From positions 218,427-282,426 of the forward strand of contig JBNLAH010000002.1 in NCBI GenBank assembly GCA_050302075.1: DNA of 64,000 bases, given 5' to 3'. Within the stretch, counting starts at the first letter, position 1. Each line of letters opens with the position of its first letter. Position numbers and translations under genes: made by a program. This stretch comes from Parachlamydiales bacterium. Its GTDB lineage: Bacteria; Chlamydiota; Chlamydiia; Chlamydiales; SM23-39. Shown in pieces: positions 18,744 through 29,040 of this stretch. The notes below the pieces were generated by a model, which was not told the DNA's origin, did no database searches, and saw only the letters and a program-made list of their open reading frames with translations.

Positions 18744-18902
18744 TCATTTAACAGGTGTTTTAGGAAGTGATGTGACTTTATTATTCTTGCCGTCTTCCCA
18801 TTTTCCCATTTTGCGAAGAACATCAATTCTTTCATATCGCTTTAAAACATTTCGCTTTTTATCACCTTTATTGGACTTGCCGTAACTTGGATGTCTAGAC
18901 AT
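18744..18902 (-). CDS. PVC-superphylum small basic signature protein (CT421.2-like)
   Basis: MSRHPSYGKS...KRNVLKRYERI..L...GKW...LPK; start refined to ATG 18902. Confidence 0.85.
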   Translation of the reverse strand: MSRHPSYGKSNKGDKKRNVLKRYERIDVLRKMGKWEDGKNNKVTSLPKTPVK

Positions 18903-18903
18903 A

Positions 18904-19080
18904 TTAAACCTGTTTAATTTTAGAGATAAATGCTGTTTGATTTTCATTAGGCAGTGCATTAATATGCTCCTTATAGCCTAAGGGTAATTGGTCTTTTTTA
19001 GGTCCTGTCTTTATAAAGCTTAACTTAGGCCTTCTAGGACTTTGATTTCGGCGTCTGCCTTGTTTACTCATTCGTGTCAT
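18904..19080 (-). CDS. Small basic chlamydial protein (CT421.1-like), absent from the ORF track
   Basis: Manual translation MTRMSKQGRRRNQSPRRPKLSFIKTGPKKDQLPLGYKEHINALPNENQTAFISKIKQV*, AGGAG RBS. Confidence 0.75.
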   Translation of the reverse strand: MTRMSKQGRRRNQSPRRPKLSFIKTGPKKDQLPLGYKEHINALPNENQTAFISKIKQV

Positions 19081-19134
19081 TGATAAGACTCCTTAATTCG
19101 TAGGAAGCAATTATATATAAGAGTGATAAATTTT

Positions 19135-19545
19135 TCAAGAAAGCATACTTTCGATGAAAAATTTTCTTTCCTTATACAGTTCATATTTTTTTCTAGATAG
19201 TTGTAGTTTACCTGAAGCTGTAAAATCTTCAAACTCATAAATAATATTTATATTATCTAGCATTAGTGGGTTAGGACATAAATTAAAAATATATTTAGAG
19301 TTGTTTAAGTTTTCTCTTTTTGAGGTGATTACAATTTTTTCCTCGAGGTAAGTAGAGCTCACGAAATGTGGAAGAAAGCTAGTAGGAGGATTTTTCCATA
19401 AAAGTTCATCGACAAACTTGGCAGAGGCCTCATCAGCTACTATAAATAAAAAATTTTCATTTTTCGAAAAGTGAAAATTTGCTGTTTCTATAATTTTACG
19501 AAGTTTGGATTTGTTATTTTTTATTTGAAAAAAAATTGCTCTCAT
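19135..19545 (-). CDS. holC: DNA polymerase III chi subunit
   Basis: A.FVDELLW..PPTSFLPH motif. Confidence 0.8.
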   Translation of the reverse strand: MRAIFFQIKNNKSKLRKIIETANFHFSKNENFLFIVADEASAKFVDELLWKNPPTSFLPHFVSSTYLEEKIVITSKRENLNNSKYIFNLCPNPLMLDNINIIYEFEDFTASGKLQLSRKKYELYKERKFFIESMLS

Positions 19546-20162
19546 TCTTTTCTCTCAGGAACAATTACTCCACAAGATACAGTTAATTTTACAGCTTCTT
19601 CATTTGTCATATTAATTTCAAACTTCTTATCTTCTGTTGTAAATAGCATAAATCCTGAAATTGGATGAGGGGCTGTTGGAATAAAAACAGGTGTTAAAGT
19701 TTTTTTGAAGTGTTTTTGACATACATTTGGAACTTGCCCAGTTACAAATCCAACTGAAAAGCTTTTGCTAGAAGGAAATGGGATCATTATTGGGTGTTGG
19801 AATGCTTGGCTTCCTTTTTGAAAAAAAGCCTGAACGATATCTTTAGATGTCATGTAGATAGGCTTTATTAATGGAATTTTTGAAAGCAATTTGTTTGTAA
19901 TCGATAACGCCCATTTAATAAAAAACAAACGTCCTATGAATCCAAGCAGCAAAATAAAGAAAAAAATAAAAACTAAAATACTTGCTCGAGCTAGCAAAGT
20001 TATCAGACTCTGTGAATGGATCCATTCGAGCTTTTCTGTAATGATTTCTCTAACAAAATTTAAGAAAGGGTTTGTTAGAAGATCCACCAAAAAAACCAAA
20101 ACTAAAATAGTTAGTACTACGGGCATTAAGATCACGAGCCCGGTTAGAAAAGTTTTCTTCAT
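19542..20162 (-). CDS. DUF502 membrane protein (paralog 2)
   Basis: FLTGLVILMP, KIPLIKPIY, VFIPTAPHPISGF, SCGV. Confidence 0.88.
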   Translation of the reverse strand: MKKTFLTGLVILMPVVLTILVLVFLVDLLTNPFLNFVREIITEKLEWIHSQSLITLLARASILVFIFFFILLLGFIGRLFFIKWALSITNKLLSKIPLIKPIYMTSKDIVQAFFQKGSQAFQHPIMIPFPSSKSFSVGFVTGQVPNVCQKHFKKTLTPVFIPTAPHPISGFMLFTTEDKKFEINMTNEEAVKLTVSCGVIVPERKE

Positions 20163-20818
20163 GACTGTTTAGCTATTTCCTTAATTTCACTTTCTGGAAT
20201 TATAACTCCACAAGATACTATGTATTTTATTGCATCTTCTGTTTTCATATCGATAAAAATCATGTCCTCTTTTTTTAGCATTAATAGAAACCCGGTTGTG
20301 GGGTTTGGTGTTGTTGGAACAAAAACTGATATTAAGTTTGAGTTAGCTGCTTTACTACAAGTTTGAGGGGATTCTTGGCTAACTAGCCCTAAACAATACG
20401 TCGCCTCATTAGGAAATGGAACCATTACAACTTGTTTAAATGAATTTTTATCTGAAGCAAAAAGCGTTTTTATAATTTCCTGAGTTGTCTTATAGACTTT
20501 ATTTACCAGAGGTATTTTGTGAATGATCGCATCACTTAGTTTAATTAGAGCCTTGAAAAAAAACCACCGTGCTATAAACCCTAAAATTAAGGTAGTTAGA
20601 AATAGCCCAATTAAAATAATAAGCTTGCTTCCATATAACAAGACTTGTTCAGGAGTAAAAAAAAGAAAACCAATTTCTTTTAATGCTGTTTGAGATAAAA
20701 ATTGTGAAACAAAACCAATAAATGGTTTAGTTAGAAAATTTACCAAAAAAACGACTACCGCAATTGTCACGGCTAAAGGCAATAATATTACAAGGCCTGT
20801 TATAAAAAATTTTCTCAT
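20159..20818 (-). CDS. DUF502 membrane protein (paralog 1)
   Basis: FITGLVILLP, KIPLVNKVY, VFVPTTPNPTTGF, IVSCGV. Confidence 0.9.
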   Translation of the reverse strand: MRKFFITGLVILLPLAVTIAVVVFLVNFLTKPFIGFVSQFLSQTALKEIGFLFFTPEQVLLYGSKLIILIGLFLTTLILGFIARWFFFKALIKLSDAIIHKIPLVNKVYKTTQEIIKTLFASDKNSFKQVVMVPFPNEATYCLGLVSQESPQTCSKAANSNLISVFVPTTPNPTTGFLLMLKKEDMIFIDMKTEDAIKYIVSCGVIIPESEIKEIAKQS

Positions 20819-20843
20819 AAAACCTCATTTAACTGTTTGAGCT

Positions 20844-21446
20844 CTATTTTGCAAGGCTTGTCCATTTACTACCTCTTATCCTAAATCGATATGGCAAAAG
20901 GGCATCATCTTCAGCGTATGCAACTCCAACTCTTTTAGAAATTAGTATATCATCTTCTCTATAGTTATTAAAAGCATCATAAATTCTGATAAACTCTGAT
21001 GTTAGGGCTGTCTCATTCATCTTTTTAGTTATACCTAATGCTTGACATAGTGCGCCAGGTCCAGCTGTTAAAGATCTTTGGATAATGTCTTTTTTTCGCC
21101 TTGCAAGCATATCATTAATTCCATCTAATGGTTTCACAGCCCTTATTAATACGGCTTGAGGTACATTCTCTCTTCCTGTAACAATATTAAACAAATGGTG
21201 CATCCCATAGCATATGTATATGTAGGCAACCCCACCTTTTTTGTACATAGCAGAAGTTCTTTTTGTTCTTCTGTTGTTGTATGCATGACAAGCTTTGTCA
21301 TTGATGCCATTGTATGCTTCTGTTTCGACTATTTCAGAGGATGTTACTATATTGTCAATGTTGGTTGTAATTATTTTACCTAAAAGATTTTTTGCAAGAT
21401 AGACAACATCTTCAGTTTGGTAGTAAGAAGGTTCTAACAATTTCAT
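20844..21446 (-). CDS. mpg: DNA-3-methyladenine glycosylase
   Basis: IVETEAY...DKACHAY, AYIYICYGMHHLFN, AVLIRA, GPGALCQALGI; start at the ATGA overlap with rnr. Confidence 0.93.
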   Translation of the reverse strand: MKLLEPSYYQTEDVVYLAKNLLGKIITTNIDNIVTSSEIVETEAYNGINDKACHAYNNRRTKRTSAMYKKGGVAYIYICYGMHHLFNIVTGRENVPQAVLIRAVKPLDGINDMLARRKKDIIQRSLTAGPGALCQALGITKKMNETALTSEFIRIYDAFNNYREDDILISKRVGVAYAEDDALLPYRFRIRGSKWTSLAK

Positions 21447-23563
21447 TTCTTTTTTGGTGGTTTCCTTAAGATTTTCCATTTCAGTCGTTGACTTACTAGA
21501 TCCACTTTGTCAAGTTGCAAATAAATGGTGTCAGATAGCCTAAATTTAAAATTTGTGTATTTTCCGATTAAAGTATTTTGTTTCGGGTGGAATACAAAAT
21601 AATCCTGTTTAAGTTCATTTAGGGGGACTGAATCTTCCATGAAATATTCAGGGATATCGAAATAAAGCGCAAAGGGTTTTATTTTTGTAATTGTTGCTTT
21701 AAAAATGAAGTCAGGATCATTTTGGTGCTTTTTTGCTAAAAGTCGTAACTTTTTCAAGTACTTCACAGAATTTTCAGCTTTCATCGCCTTTCTCTCTTGA
21801 TTTGAGCAGTGATTAGCAATGACATCTATTTTTTCTATTTTTGTATCTTTTGAAAATAAAAGGCGATGAATTATAAGGTCGCTGTAGCGTCTAATAGGTG
21901 AAGTAAAATGGCAGTAATAATCTAATGAAAGTCCAAAGTGACCAATGTTAGATGCAGAATAATTAGCAAGCTTCATACTCTTAATGAATGCGATTGATAT
22001 ATCCTTGTAATAAGGGGACAGCTTTACCTTAGCAAATAATTCCTGAAGCTGCTTATTAGTTGGATTTTTTAAAGGACGAAATCCATATTGAGTTGTAATG
22101 TTTAAAAATTCATTTAAACTATCTTCTTTAGGTTTCTCATGAACTCTATAAATTGCCTGTTTGTTTGAATCACTTAAGTGCTTAGCAACAACTTCGTTTG
22201 CTTTTAACATGAACTCTTCAACTAACTGGTGGGATATGTCATATTCAACAGTTTGAATGCTTAAAGGTTCTCCATCTTCCGCAATTTCAATAAAGCAATC
22301 GGGTAGTGAAAAATCTATGCTGCCTCTAGTAAAGCGTTGTTCTTTTAATAGTTCACATAGATCTGCCATTAATTTTAGCAGGGGAGCGAAAGAACTTTTT
22401 CTCTTATTTTCTAAGATTGAAAAGGCTTCTTCGTAAGTGAATCTCTTTTTAGATTTAATAAATGACTTAACTATCTCATAGCTTTTCAATTTGCCACTTT
22501 TATCTAATATCATTAAAACTGAAATACATAATCTTATGACGTTAGGACGAAGGCTGCAAAGACCATTTGAAAGCTCAAATGGGAGCATTGGTATGCATTT
22601 TTCAGGAAAGTAGATGGAATTGGCCCTTGAGTAAGCTTCTTTATCTAGCGAACTGTCTGGCTTAATATAGTTAGAAACATCTGCAATGTGCACCCCAAGC
22701 TTATATTCTCCTTTAGATGTCTTTGTTAAAGAAAGAGCATCATCAAAATCTCTAGCAGTTTTAGGATCAATTGTAATTGTTGTTAAATCAGTTAAGTCAA
22801 CACGATCTTTGAGGTCGGCCTTTTTCACTGAGCTGCCTAGTTTTAAGGCTTCATCCATGACTTTTTTTGTAAAAGAATTTCTTATTTCAAACTCTTCAAC
22901 TGCAGCTATCAAGTCATATTTTGCTTTGAAAATACTCCCTATCTTATGGCTAAAGGTAGCCTGGATTTTACTTTCTTCACTGCTCCATGAATTTACATTC
23001 ATTACTATTCGGTCACCAATTTCCAGCTTTGTTTTTGCCGTAATATTTATAATTTTATCAGGCCCAAGGACTGGAACTATCACTTGATAATTTACATTAT
23101 CAACATGGCAGACAGTCCCAGCTAAATGAGATCTGCCTCTTTTCAGGATATTAACTACTTCTCCTTCTGGTCCTTTTGAAGTTACTTTTTCACTTGCTTT
23201 GACCTCAACTATATCTCCGTCTATGGCATTGTTGATCTTAGACTTGGGGATAAAGATATCTTCTTTAAAATCAGGAGGTGGATCAATTATTTCAGCAAAG
23301 CCAAATCCTCGCTGGTTTAACCTAAGGGTGCACTGAAAATTGTTGTTGTCATTATTGACTTTGAAATACTTTTTATTTCGGATAACCAGTTTGTTCTTTT
23401 TAAGTAAATTTTCCAAAATAATCGTTAAATAACATAGATATTCGTTTGGAATAGCTAGCTTTTCTGCTATTTTCTCTAATGTCAAAGGTTTATATTTTCT
23501 GCCTAGGATGAATCCTTCAACAGTAGAACCTAAATTTTGTATTAATTTTTTTTTACTTTTCAT
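21443..23563 (-). CDS. rnr: Ribonuclease R
   Basis: GFGF cold-shock domain, TIDPKTARDFDDALS, VHIADVS, LVEEFMLKANE, HFTSPIRRYSDL. Confidence 0.95.
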   Translation of the reverse strand: MKSKKKLIQNLGSTVEGFILGRKYKPLTLEKIAEKLAIPNEYLCYLTIILENLLKKNKLVIRNKKYFKVNNDNNNFQCTLRLNQRGFGFAEIIDPPPDFKEDIFIPKSKINNAIDGDIVEVKASEKVTSKGPEGEVVNILKRGRSHLAGTVCHVDNVNYQVIVPVLGPDKIINITAKTKLEIGDRIVMNVNSWSSEESKIQATFSHKIGSIFKAKYDLIAAVEEFEIRNSFTKKVMDEALKLGSSVKKADLKDRVDLTDLTTITIDPKTARDFDDALSLTKTSKGEYKLGVHIADVSNYIKPDSSLDKEAYSRANSIYFPEKCIPMLPFELSNGLCSLRPNVIRLCISVLMILDKSGKLKSYEIVKSFIKSKKRFTYEEAFSILENKRKSSFAPLLKLMADLCELLKEQRFTRGSIDFSLPDCFIEIAEDGEPLSIQTVEYDISHQLVEEFMLKANEVVAKHLSDSNKQAIYRVHEKPKEDSLNEFLNITTQYGFRPLKNPTNKQLQELFAKVKLSPYYKDISIAFIKSMKLANYSASNIGHFGLSLDYYCHFTSPIRRYSDLIIHRLLFSKDTKIEKIDVIANHCSNQERKAMKAENSVKYLKKLRLLAKKHQNDPDFIFKATITKIKPFALYFDIPEYFMEDSVPLNELKQDYFVFHPKQNTLIGKYTNFKFRLSDTIYLQLDKVDLVSQRLKWKILRKPPKKK

Positions 23564-23604
23564 AATTGGTAATCTATTATAATCAGTAATAACTAAAAAA
23601 GTTA

Positions 23605-24204
23605 TTAAATTATAAATCTTCTCTCTATAAGAGTAGAGCGGAGCTTATCAGCAGACTGAAAAACTTCTCCATCTAACCCTGTTTTTTTTGCAGAAGCCAC
23701 AAAATCATAGATATCATCTGTGTAAAAACTTTTTTGACCATTAGCCATTTTTAGAGCAAGCTGATATATTTTTGGGTCAGGCTTCCTTAGTTTTCTTTCA
23801 AAGGATAAAATTTTTTCATCAAATAGTTGAATAATAGGCATCGATTTTAGTTTGTGGTGAAAATGAGCGTAGCATGTATTAGAAAGCAAAATAAGTTTAT
23901 GCCCTAGATCTTTTAGAGCAGATACCAAATCTAACATTTTTTCATTTTCCTGAAAAATGTCTGAGGCTGCTACTACTAAATCATTTTTAGTAAATGTTTT
24001 GTCTGATATTTTAAAGAGCTTCTCAAAGATTTCATTTTCTGAAACTAACCCTAACTCATACTTTTCGCCATTACCCTGGTCTATAAAAAAATTCATGATT
24101 TTGTCTAAAGGAATATTAGTGACCCTAGAAATCTGATCATACATTTTCTTATGGGAAAATTTTACTAAAACATTCCCAATATCAAAAAAGATTGTGCCTT
24201 TCAT
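23605..24204 (-). CDS. HAD-superfamily phosphatase (YihX-like)
   Basis: FFDIGNVL, LLSNT, RKPDPKIY, YTDD. Confidence 0.88.
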   Translation of the reverse strand: MKGTIFFDIGNVLVKFSHKKMYDQISRVTNIPLDKIMNFFIDQGNGEKYELGLVSENEIFEKLFKISDKTFTKNDLVVAASDIFQENEKMLDLVSALKDLGHKLILLSNTCYAHFHHKLKSMPIIQLFDEKILSFERKLRKPDPKIYQLALKMANGQKSFYTDDIYDFVASAKKTGLDGEVFQSADKLRSTLIERRFII

Positions 24205-25174
24205 TTGGAATCCTTTCAATAGTGTTGTCGTCAAACTTTATAATAATAGATGAAACCTTAGGGCAGCTCTTAATTATTGTATGTCCCCATTTTCTTAACT
24301 CATTTAGATCAGTAAATGTCATAGCGGCTGTAGCTACTGCATCAGCTAAGTAGCATTTATCAGCGATTACAGTGACGGTTGAAATACTTGATCTCTCAAG
24401 AGGTCTTTTAGATTTTGGATCAAAAATGTGAAAATACGATTTTCCATTAGCTTCCCAGTTGTATAGCATTGAGCTGCCACTTGTAGCTATTGCCTGGTCT
24501 TTTAAAAGCACTAATGGATTTGCATTTTTTGGTATGCTATTGATTAAAATACTCCATTTACGTTTTTCTGGGTGAAGGCCTCTTGCAAAGACTTCTCCAC
24601 CCCATTCGACAAAAAAGTTCTTAAACCCAAGGTTTGACAATTTTTTTGATATTAAATCTATAGTATAACCTTTGGATATCCCGCAAAGATCAAATTGACA
24701 TTTTGAATGTTTTTTTTGAAGCGATAATTCATGTAGAATAATTTTTTGCCAGCCCACAGCCTCATCAACAAGTTCTTTTGGGACATGGTTTTTCATAAGA
24801 GCTTTTTTCCAGGAATTGAAAATGCTTCCTATTGTTGGGTCAAATCGATACCTAGTAATTTGGTAGCATTCTTCACAGCGAACTAAAAGGTCTTTTAACT
24901 GTTCTGATATAGAGATTGGAAGTATTTTCGAGGCTTGGTTGATTTGAGATATCTCAGATGAGGGATTCCAGTTGTTATAAACCCGGTCTGTTAGGTTGAA
25001 TATTTCATTTATAGCAAGGCTTATCTGTTTTTGCCTTTGCTTTGAAATTTTTTGTCCTATGACAATGTGATAGTTCATTGTCATAGAGCATCCTCTAAAG
25101 TGTGTTGTTGAAATATTAGGCGAGCAAGAAACTAAAAGAACAAATAAAGCGCAAAAAATTTTGCCCATAGTCAC
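24182..25174 (-). CDS. apbE: FAD:protein FMN transferase ApbE (lipoprotein)
   Basis: Lipobox LVSC, SSEISQIN, FDPTIG, DLCGISKGY, VEWGGE, AIATSG, HIFDP, ADAVATA. Confidence 0.9.
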   Translation of the reverse strand: MTMGKIFCALFVLLVSCSPNISTTHFRGCSMTMNYHIVIGQKISKQRQKQISLAINEIFNLTDRVYNNWNPSSEISQINQASKILPISISEQLKDLLVRCEECYQITRYRFDPTIGSIFNSWKKALMKNHVPKELVDEAVGWQKIILHELSLQKKHSKCQFDLCGISKGYTIDLISKKLSNLGFKNFFVEWGGEVFARGLHPEKRKWSILINSIPKNANPLVLLKDQAIATSGSSMLYNWEANGKSYFHIFDPKSKRPLERSSISTVTVIADKCYLADAVATAAMTFTDLNELRKWGHTIIKSCPKVSSIIIKFDDNTIERIPNERHNLF

Positions 25175-26034
25175 TTTTCACGTTTTAAAAAGCTTTTATA
25201 TGTATTTTGCATTAACATTGCAATTGTCATAGGTCCAACTCCTTTTGGGACTGGAGTAATATATGATGCAATACTTGAAACATCTTCAAACTCAACGTCA
25301 CCTACAATTTTTGGCAAGCCGGTTGAATAAGATATTCTATTGATACCTACGTCAACAACAACAGCTCCTTTTTTTACCATGTCTTTTGTGACAAATTTGG
25401 CTTTACCGATTGCAGCTATTAGTATATCAGCACTCAATGTAATCTCACGTAAGTTTTGTGTAGAGCTATGAGCTACTGTAACTGTTGCATTATAGCCTGG
25501 TTTTTTCAGTAGCATCAATGATGCTAGAGGCTTTCCAACAATATTACTTCTTCCTAAAATAACAACATGTTTTTTTTCAATAGGAATACTGTAATGATGT
25601 AAAAGGGTTACAATTCCCAGAGGAGTACAAGAGATAAATCCATCTAGTTGGCCAAGCATTAACTTTCCAAGGTTATAAGGGTGGAAGCCATCTACATCTT
25701 TTTCTGGTAAAACAGCGCTTACAATCTTATCCGAGTCAATATGTTTTGGAAGAGGTTGTTGTACCAAAATACCATCGATTTCTCTATCTTTATTATAGGT
25801 ATTGATCCTATCTAGTAGAATGTCTTGGGTAACATCTTCAGGCAGCTTAATAACATGTGAATTAACATTAATTTTTGCGCAAGCCTTTGTTTTCATATTG
25901 ACGTATGCTTGTGAAGCTGCGTTATCTCCGACTAAGATAAAGGCTAGCCCGGGTTTAGACTTGCTTTTTGATATCTTAACCTGTAGTTTTTCTAAGATTA
26001 AGTTAGCAACTTTTTTACCATCTATAATATTCAT
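25171..26034 (-). CDS. folD: Bifunctional methylenetetrahydrofolate dehydrogenase/cyclohydrolase
   Basis: GILVQQPLP, KDVDGFHP, GRSNIVGKP, DVGINR, TPVPKGVGPMT. Confidence 0.97.
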   Translation of the reverse strand: MNIIDGKKVANLILEKLQVKISKSKSKPGLAFILVGDNAASQAYVNMKTKACAKINVNSHVIKLPEDVTQDILLDRINTYNKDREIDGILVQQPLPKHIDSDKIVSAVLPEKDVDGFHPYNLGKLMLGQLDGFISCTPLGIVTLLHHYSIPIEKKHVVILGRSNIVGKPLASLMLLKKPGYNATVTVAHSSTQNLREITLSADILIAAIGKAKFVTKDMVKKGAVVVDVGINRISYSTGLPKIVGDVEFEDVSSIASYITPVPKGVGPMTIAMLMQNTYKSFLKREK

Positions 26035-26831
26035 ATTTTCCTAGATAATATTCTTGTTAAGTCACTGTGTAAGTGCCCATTTGATGCTAAGATTGATTTA
26101 TACGAGTGAATATCAAACGGGGAGCCATTCCACGAGGTAACTTTTCCTCCTGATTCTTCAACTATTAATTTAGCAGCAGCACAGTCCCATGGAGCTAGGC
26201 TAACTTCGAAAAAAGCATCAAATCTTCCCACCGCGACATATGATAAGTCTAAAGCAGCTACTCCAAGTCTTCTTATAGGTGATCCTATTTTCAAGACCTC
26301 CATAAATTTTTCTATGCAATGGTCTGGGTTTTCAGCAACATTATAAGGAAAACCGGTTGCAAGGAATGCTTCATCAATATTTTTATTTTCGGATACATTA
26401 ATTCTATTCCCATTAAAGAAGGCGCCTTTCTTTCTCTCTGCTACAAATAGTTCATAGGTCATAGGTTGAAAAACTACGCCAGAGACAACTTCTTTATTGC
26501 ATTCAACAGCAATACTTACAGCAAAAAATGGTATTCCATGGGCAAAGTTTACCGTTCCATCCAGTGGGTCTATGATCCACTTTACATTAGATTGATTGCT
26601 ATCTATGATACCTGATTCTTCAGCAATGAAATCATGATCTGGATAAAGATCTTTAATGAATGAAATAATCTTCTTTTCAGAATTAGTATCATACTCAGTA
26701 ACTAAATTATGTCTGCCTTCTTTATTGGAGACTTCCATCTGAGTTCTAAAACCTTGCCTGAGGTAGTTACCAGCTGAAATGGCTGCATTTATTGCAGCAA
26801 GTGTGTATTCAGAGTGATTAGCTTCTTGCAT
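26031..26831 (-). CDS. suhB: Inositol monophosphatase family protein
   Basis: AEESG, WIIDPLDGTVNF, RRLGVAALDL, WDCAA. Confidence 0.9.
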   Translation of the reverse strand: MQEANHSEYTLAAINAAISAGNYLRQGFRTQMEVSNKEGRHNLVTEYDTNSEKKIISFIKDLYPDHDFIAEESGIIDSNQSNVKWIIDPLDGTVNFAHGIPFFAVSIAVECNKEVVSGVVFQPMTYELFVAERKKGAFFNGNRINVSENKNIDEAFLATGFPYNVAENPDHCIEKFMEVLKIGSPIRRLGVAALDLSYVAVGRFDAFFEVSLAPWDCAAAKLIVEESGGKVTSWNGSPFDIHSYKSILASNGHLHSDLTRILSRKI

Positions 26832-27352
26832 TAGCGATTCCTTAATTTTAATTTTAGTTTTGATTTCAATAAAAAAAGCTTCAACTTTGCCTGGTCATAG
26901 AGCCAAAAAGATAAGAAAAACCATGCCATTGTATAAAGACCATCAATTATTGGCATTATAATGAAATCTGTGGCCATCCATTCTCCAGAAAAGGGGATAT
27001 GCCTGTCAAAAAGAAATGAAAAAAAAGCATGTAAAATAGAACTCAAGCTTGAAAATATTGAAGCAAATATCGCTATGTGTAGAAACTTATCTTTGTAGAA
27101 GTGCGTTTTGAGTCGAAAAAGGATAAGTGTACAGATACAAAAATTTAAAGACCAAATACCTACTTTTGTAGAAGCAAAAAGATCAACTAAGAGTCCGATT
27201 AAAAATGCTATCCATAGAGTCTTTTCTTTTTTTAAGGATAAAATATTAGTGCTAAGTAAAGGAACAAAGGCATTAAGAAAAAGATGCAAGGGCATAACAT
27301 TTTGAAATAGAAAAATAAAAAAAGATAAGAAAAAACCAATTATATATTTCAT
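26831..27352 (-). CDS. mreD: Rod shape-determining protein MreD-like membrane protein
   Basis: Highly hydrophobic ~173 aa, AFLIGLLVDL motif; ATGA overlap with the galE stop. Confidence 0.6.
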   Translation of the reverse strand: MKYIIGFFLSFFIFLFQNVMPLHLFLNAFVPLLSTNILSLKKEKTLWIAFLIGLLVDLFASTKVGIWSLNFCICTLILFRLKTHFYKDKFLHIAIFASIFSSLSSILHAFFSFLFDRHIPFSGEWMATDFIIMPIIDGLYTMAWFFLSFWLYDQAKLKLFLLKSKLKLKLRNR

Positions 27353-28341
27353 GTTTTTGAAAAAGCTATTTTTGTATACCAATTATAAGCTGATGATACA
27401 ATTTTGTTGATATGAGAATGCTTTGGTTCAAAATTAAGAATGTTTTTTGCCTTGGTATTATCTGCTACAAGTAGGGGAGGCTCTCCTTTTCTTTTGTTTT
27501 TGAAAATATAAGGAACTTTTAATCCGGTAACTTCTTCTACAGCATTTAGCACCTCTAAAATGCTCAAACCTTTCCCTGATCCAAGATTTAAAGCAATATT
27601 CTTACCTTTAGAGCTTATATATTTTAAAGCAAGCAAATGAGCATCTGCTAAGTCGCTTACATGGATATAATCCCTTACAGCTGTTCCATCTGCTGTTGGA
27701 AAATCATTTCCATAAATTGAAACATTTTCCTTTAGACCAGCAGCAGCTTGAATTAAATTTGGAATTATATGTGTTTCTGGATCATGAAGCTCTCCGACCT
27801 CACAATCGAAATCAGCTCCAGCTGCGTTGAAATATCTCAATATTGCTGATTTAATTGGATATTTTAACTGATAGTCCTCAATGATTTTTTCAATCATATA
27901 CTTAGATCTTCCATAGGGGTTTATTGGTACTTGGGGGTGACTTTCATCCATAGGAATTTTTAATGGTTTCCCATATGTTGCACAGGTACTAGAAAAAACT
28001 ATCAATTTAACATCACATTCAACCATAGCTGATAGCAGATTGATTGATCCTAGTACATTATTTTGATAATAGATGTTTGGATTTTCAATTGACTCAACTA
28101 CATATGCAAAAGCTGCCATGTGAATAATTGCATCTGGCTTATATTTATTAAGGGCATTGATTATATCTTCTTTATATTTTAGATCGCCTTTAAAAAAAGG
28201 ACCATATTTTGCAAATTCAAGATGTCCTCTTGATAAGTTATCGAAACAAATTGGGGTAATATTAGCTTTCTTTAGAGCTTTGCAGACCATGCTTCCAATA
28301 TAACCACATCCTCCTGTTACTAAAACTTTAGAAATAAACAT
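27349..28341 (-). CDS. galE: UDP-glucose 4-epimerase
   Basis: VTGGCGYIGS, FSSTCATYG, YGRSK, LRYFNAAGA, DGTAVRDYIHVSDLA. Confidence 0.95.
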   Translation of the reverse strand: MFISKVLVTGGCGYIGSMVCKALKKANITPICFDNLSRGHLEFAKYGPFFKGDLKYKEDIINALNKYKPDAIIHMAAFAYVVESIENPNIYYQNNVLGSINLLSAMVECDVKLIVFSSTCATYGKPLKIPMDESHPQVPINPYGRSKYMIEKIIEDYQLKYPIKSAILRYFNAAGADFDCEVGELHDPETHIIPNLIQAAAGLKENVSIYGNDFPTADGTAVRDYIHVSDLADAHLLALKYISSKGKNIALNLGSGKGLSILEVLNAVEEVTGLKVPYIFKNKRKGEPPLLVADNTKAKNILNFEPKHSHINKIVSSAYNWYTKIAFSKT

Positions 28342-28979
28342 TAAAAAGCTCCTTTTGAAGAAAAAAGCATAGGAATTGTTTTTAGAATAAGGCGTAGATC
28401 TTTTCTAAAAGATTGATTATCTACATATATTTCATCTAATTCAACACGTTCTAAAAAAGACAAAAAATTTCGACCTGAAGTTTGCCATATGCCTGTGATT
28501 CCTGGCCTAATTGATAAAATTTTATAAGCTTTATCACCATAAAATTCTTCGACCTCCTCAAAAAATGCAGGTCTTGGACCAACCACACTTAGGTCTCCAA
28601 TCAAAACGTTAAAAAATTGAGGTAGCTCATCTAAAGAAGTTTTTCTTAAGTATTTTCCAAAAGAAAAAACTCTTGGATCATCCTTTAATTTTCTAAACTT
28701 CTTATATTCTCTTGCTTTTGCTGGATCGTTTTTCAATATATCTTCCAGTTTTGATTCTGCGTTTATGAACATTGTTCTGAATTTATAACATTTAATAGCT
28801 TTACCGCCTCTTCCTACACGTTTTTGTTTAAAGAAAATAGGCCCTGGAGATGTTATTACTATTATGGTCGAGATAAGAATAAACAAAGGTAGCCCTATAA
28901 TTAACACACTTAAGCTAAAACAAATATCGAACAGGCGCTTTAAGGGGTTGTGCTTAATTGGAAATTCTAAACTTCTCAC
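28341..28979 (-). CDS. Bacterial sugar (polyprenyl-phosphate glycosylphospho-)transferase, WcaJ/WbaP-like catalytic domain
   Basis: KRLFDI, YKFRTM, DDPRV...LRKTSLDELPQFFNVL.GDLSVVGPRP, PGITGIWQ. Confidence 0.92.
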   Translation of the reverse strand: MRSLEFPIKHNPLKRLFDICFSLSVLIIGLPLFILISTIIVITSPGPIFFKQKRVGRGGKAIKCYKFRTMFINAESKLEDILKNDPAKAREYKKFRKLKDDPRVFSFGKYLRKTSLDELPQFFNVLIGDLSVVGPRPAFFEEVEEFYGDKAYKILSIRPGITGIWQTSGRNFLSFLERVELDEIYVDNQSFRKDLRLILKTIPMLFSSKGAF

Positions 28980-29040
28980 TGTTAAATCATAATTATAATA
29001 AAGTTAGTATCTTAAGATTAAATGCAAAAAAAAGAAAGTT

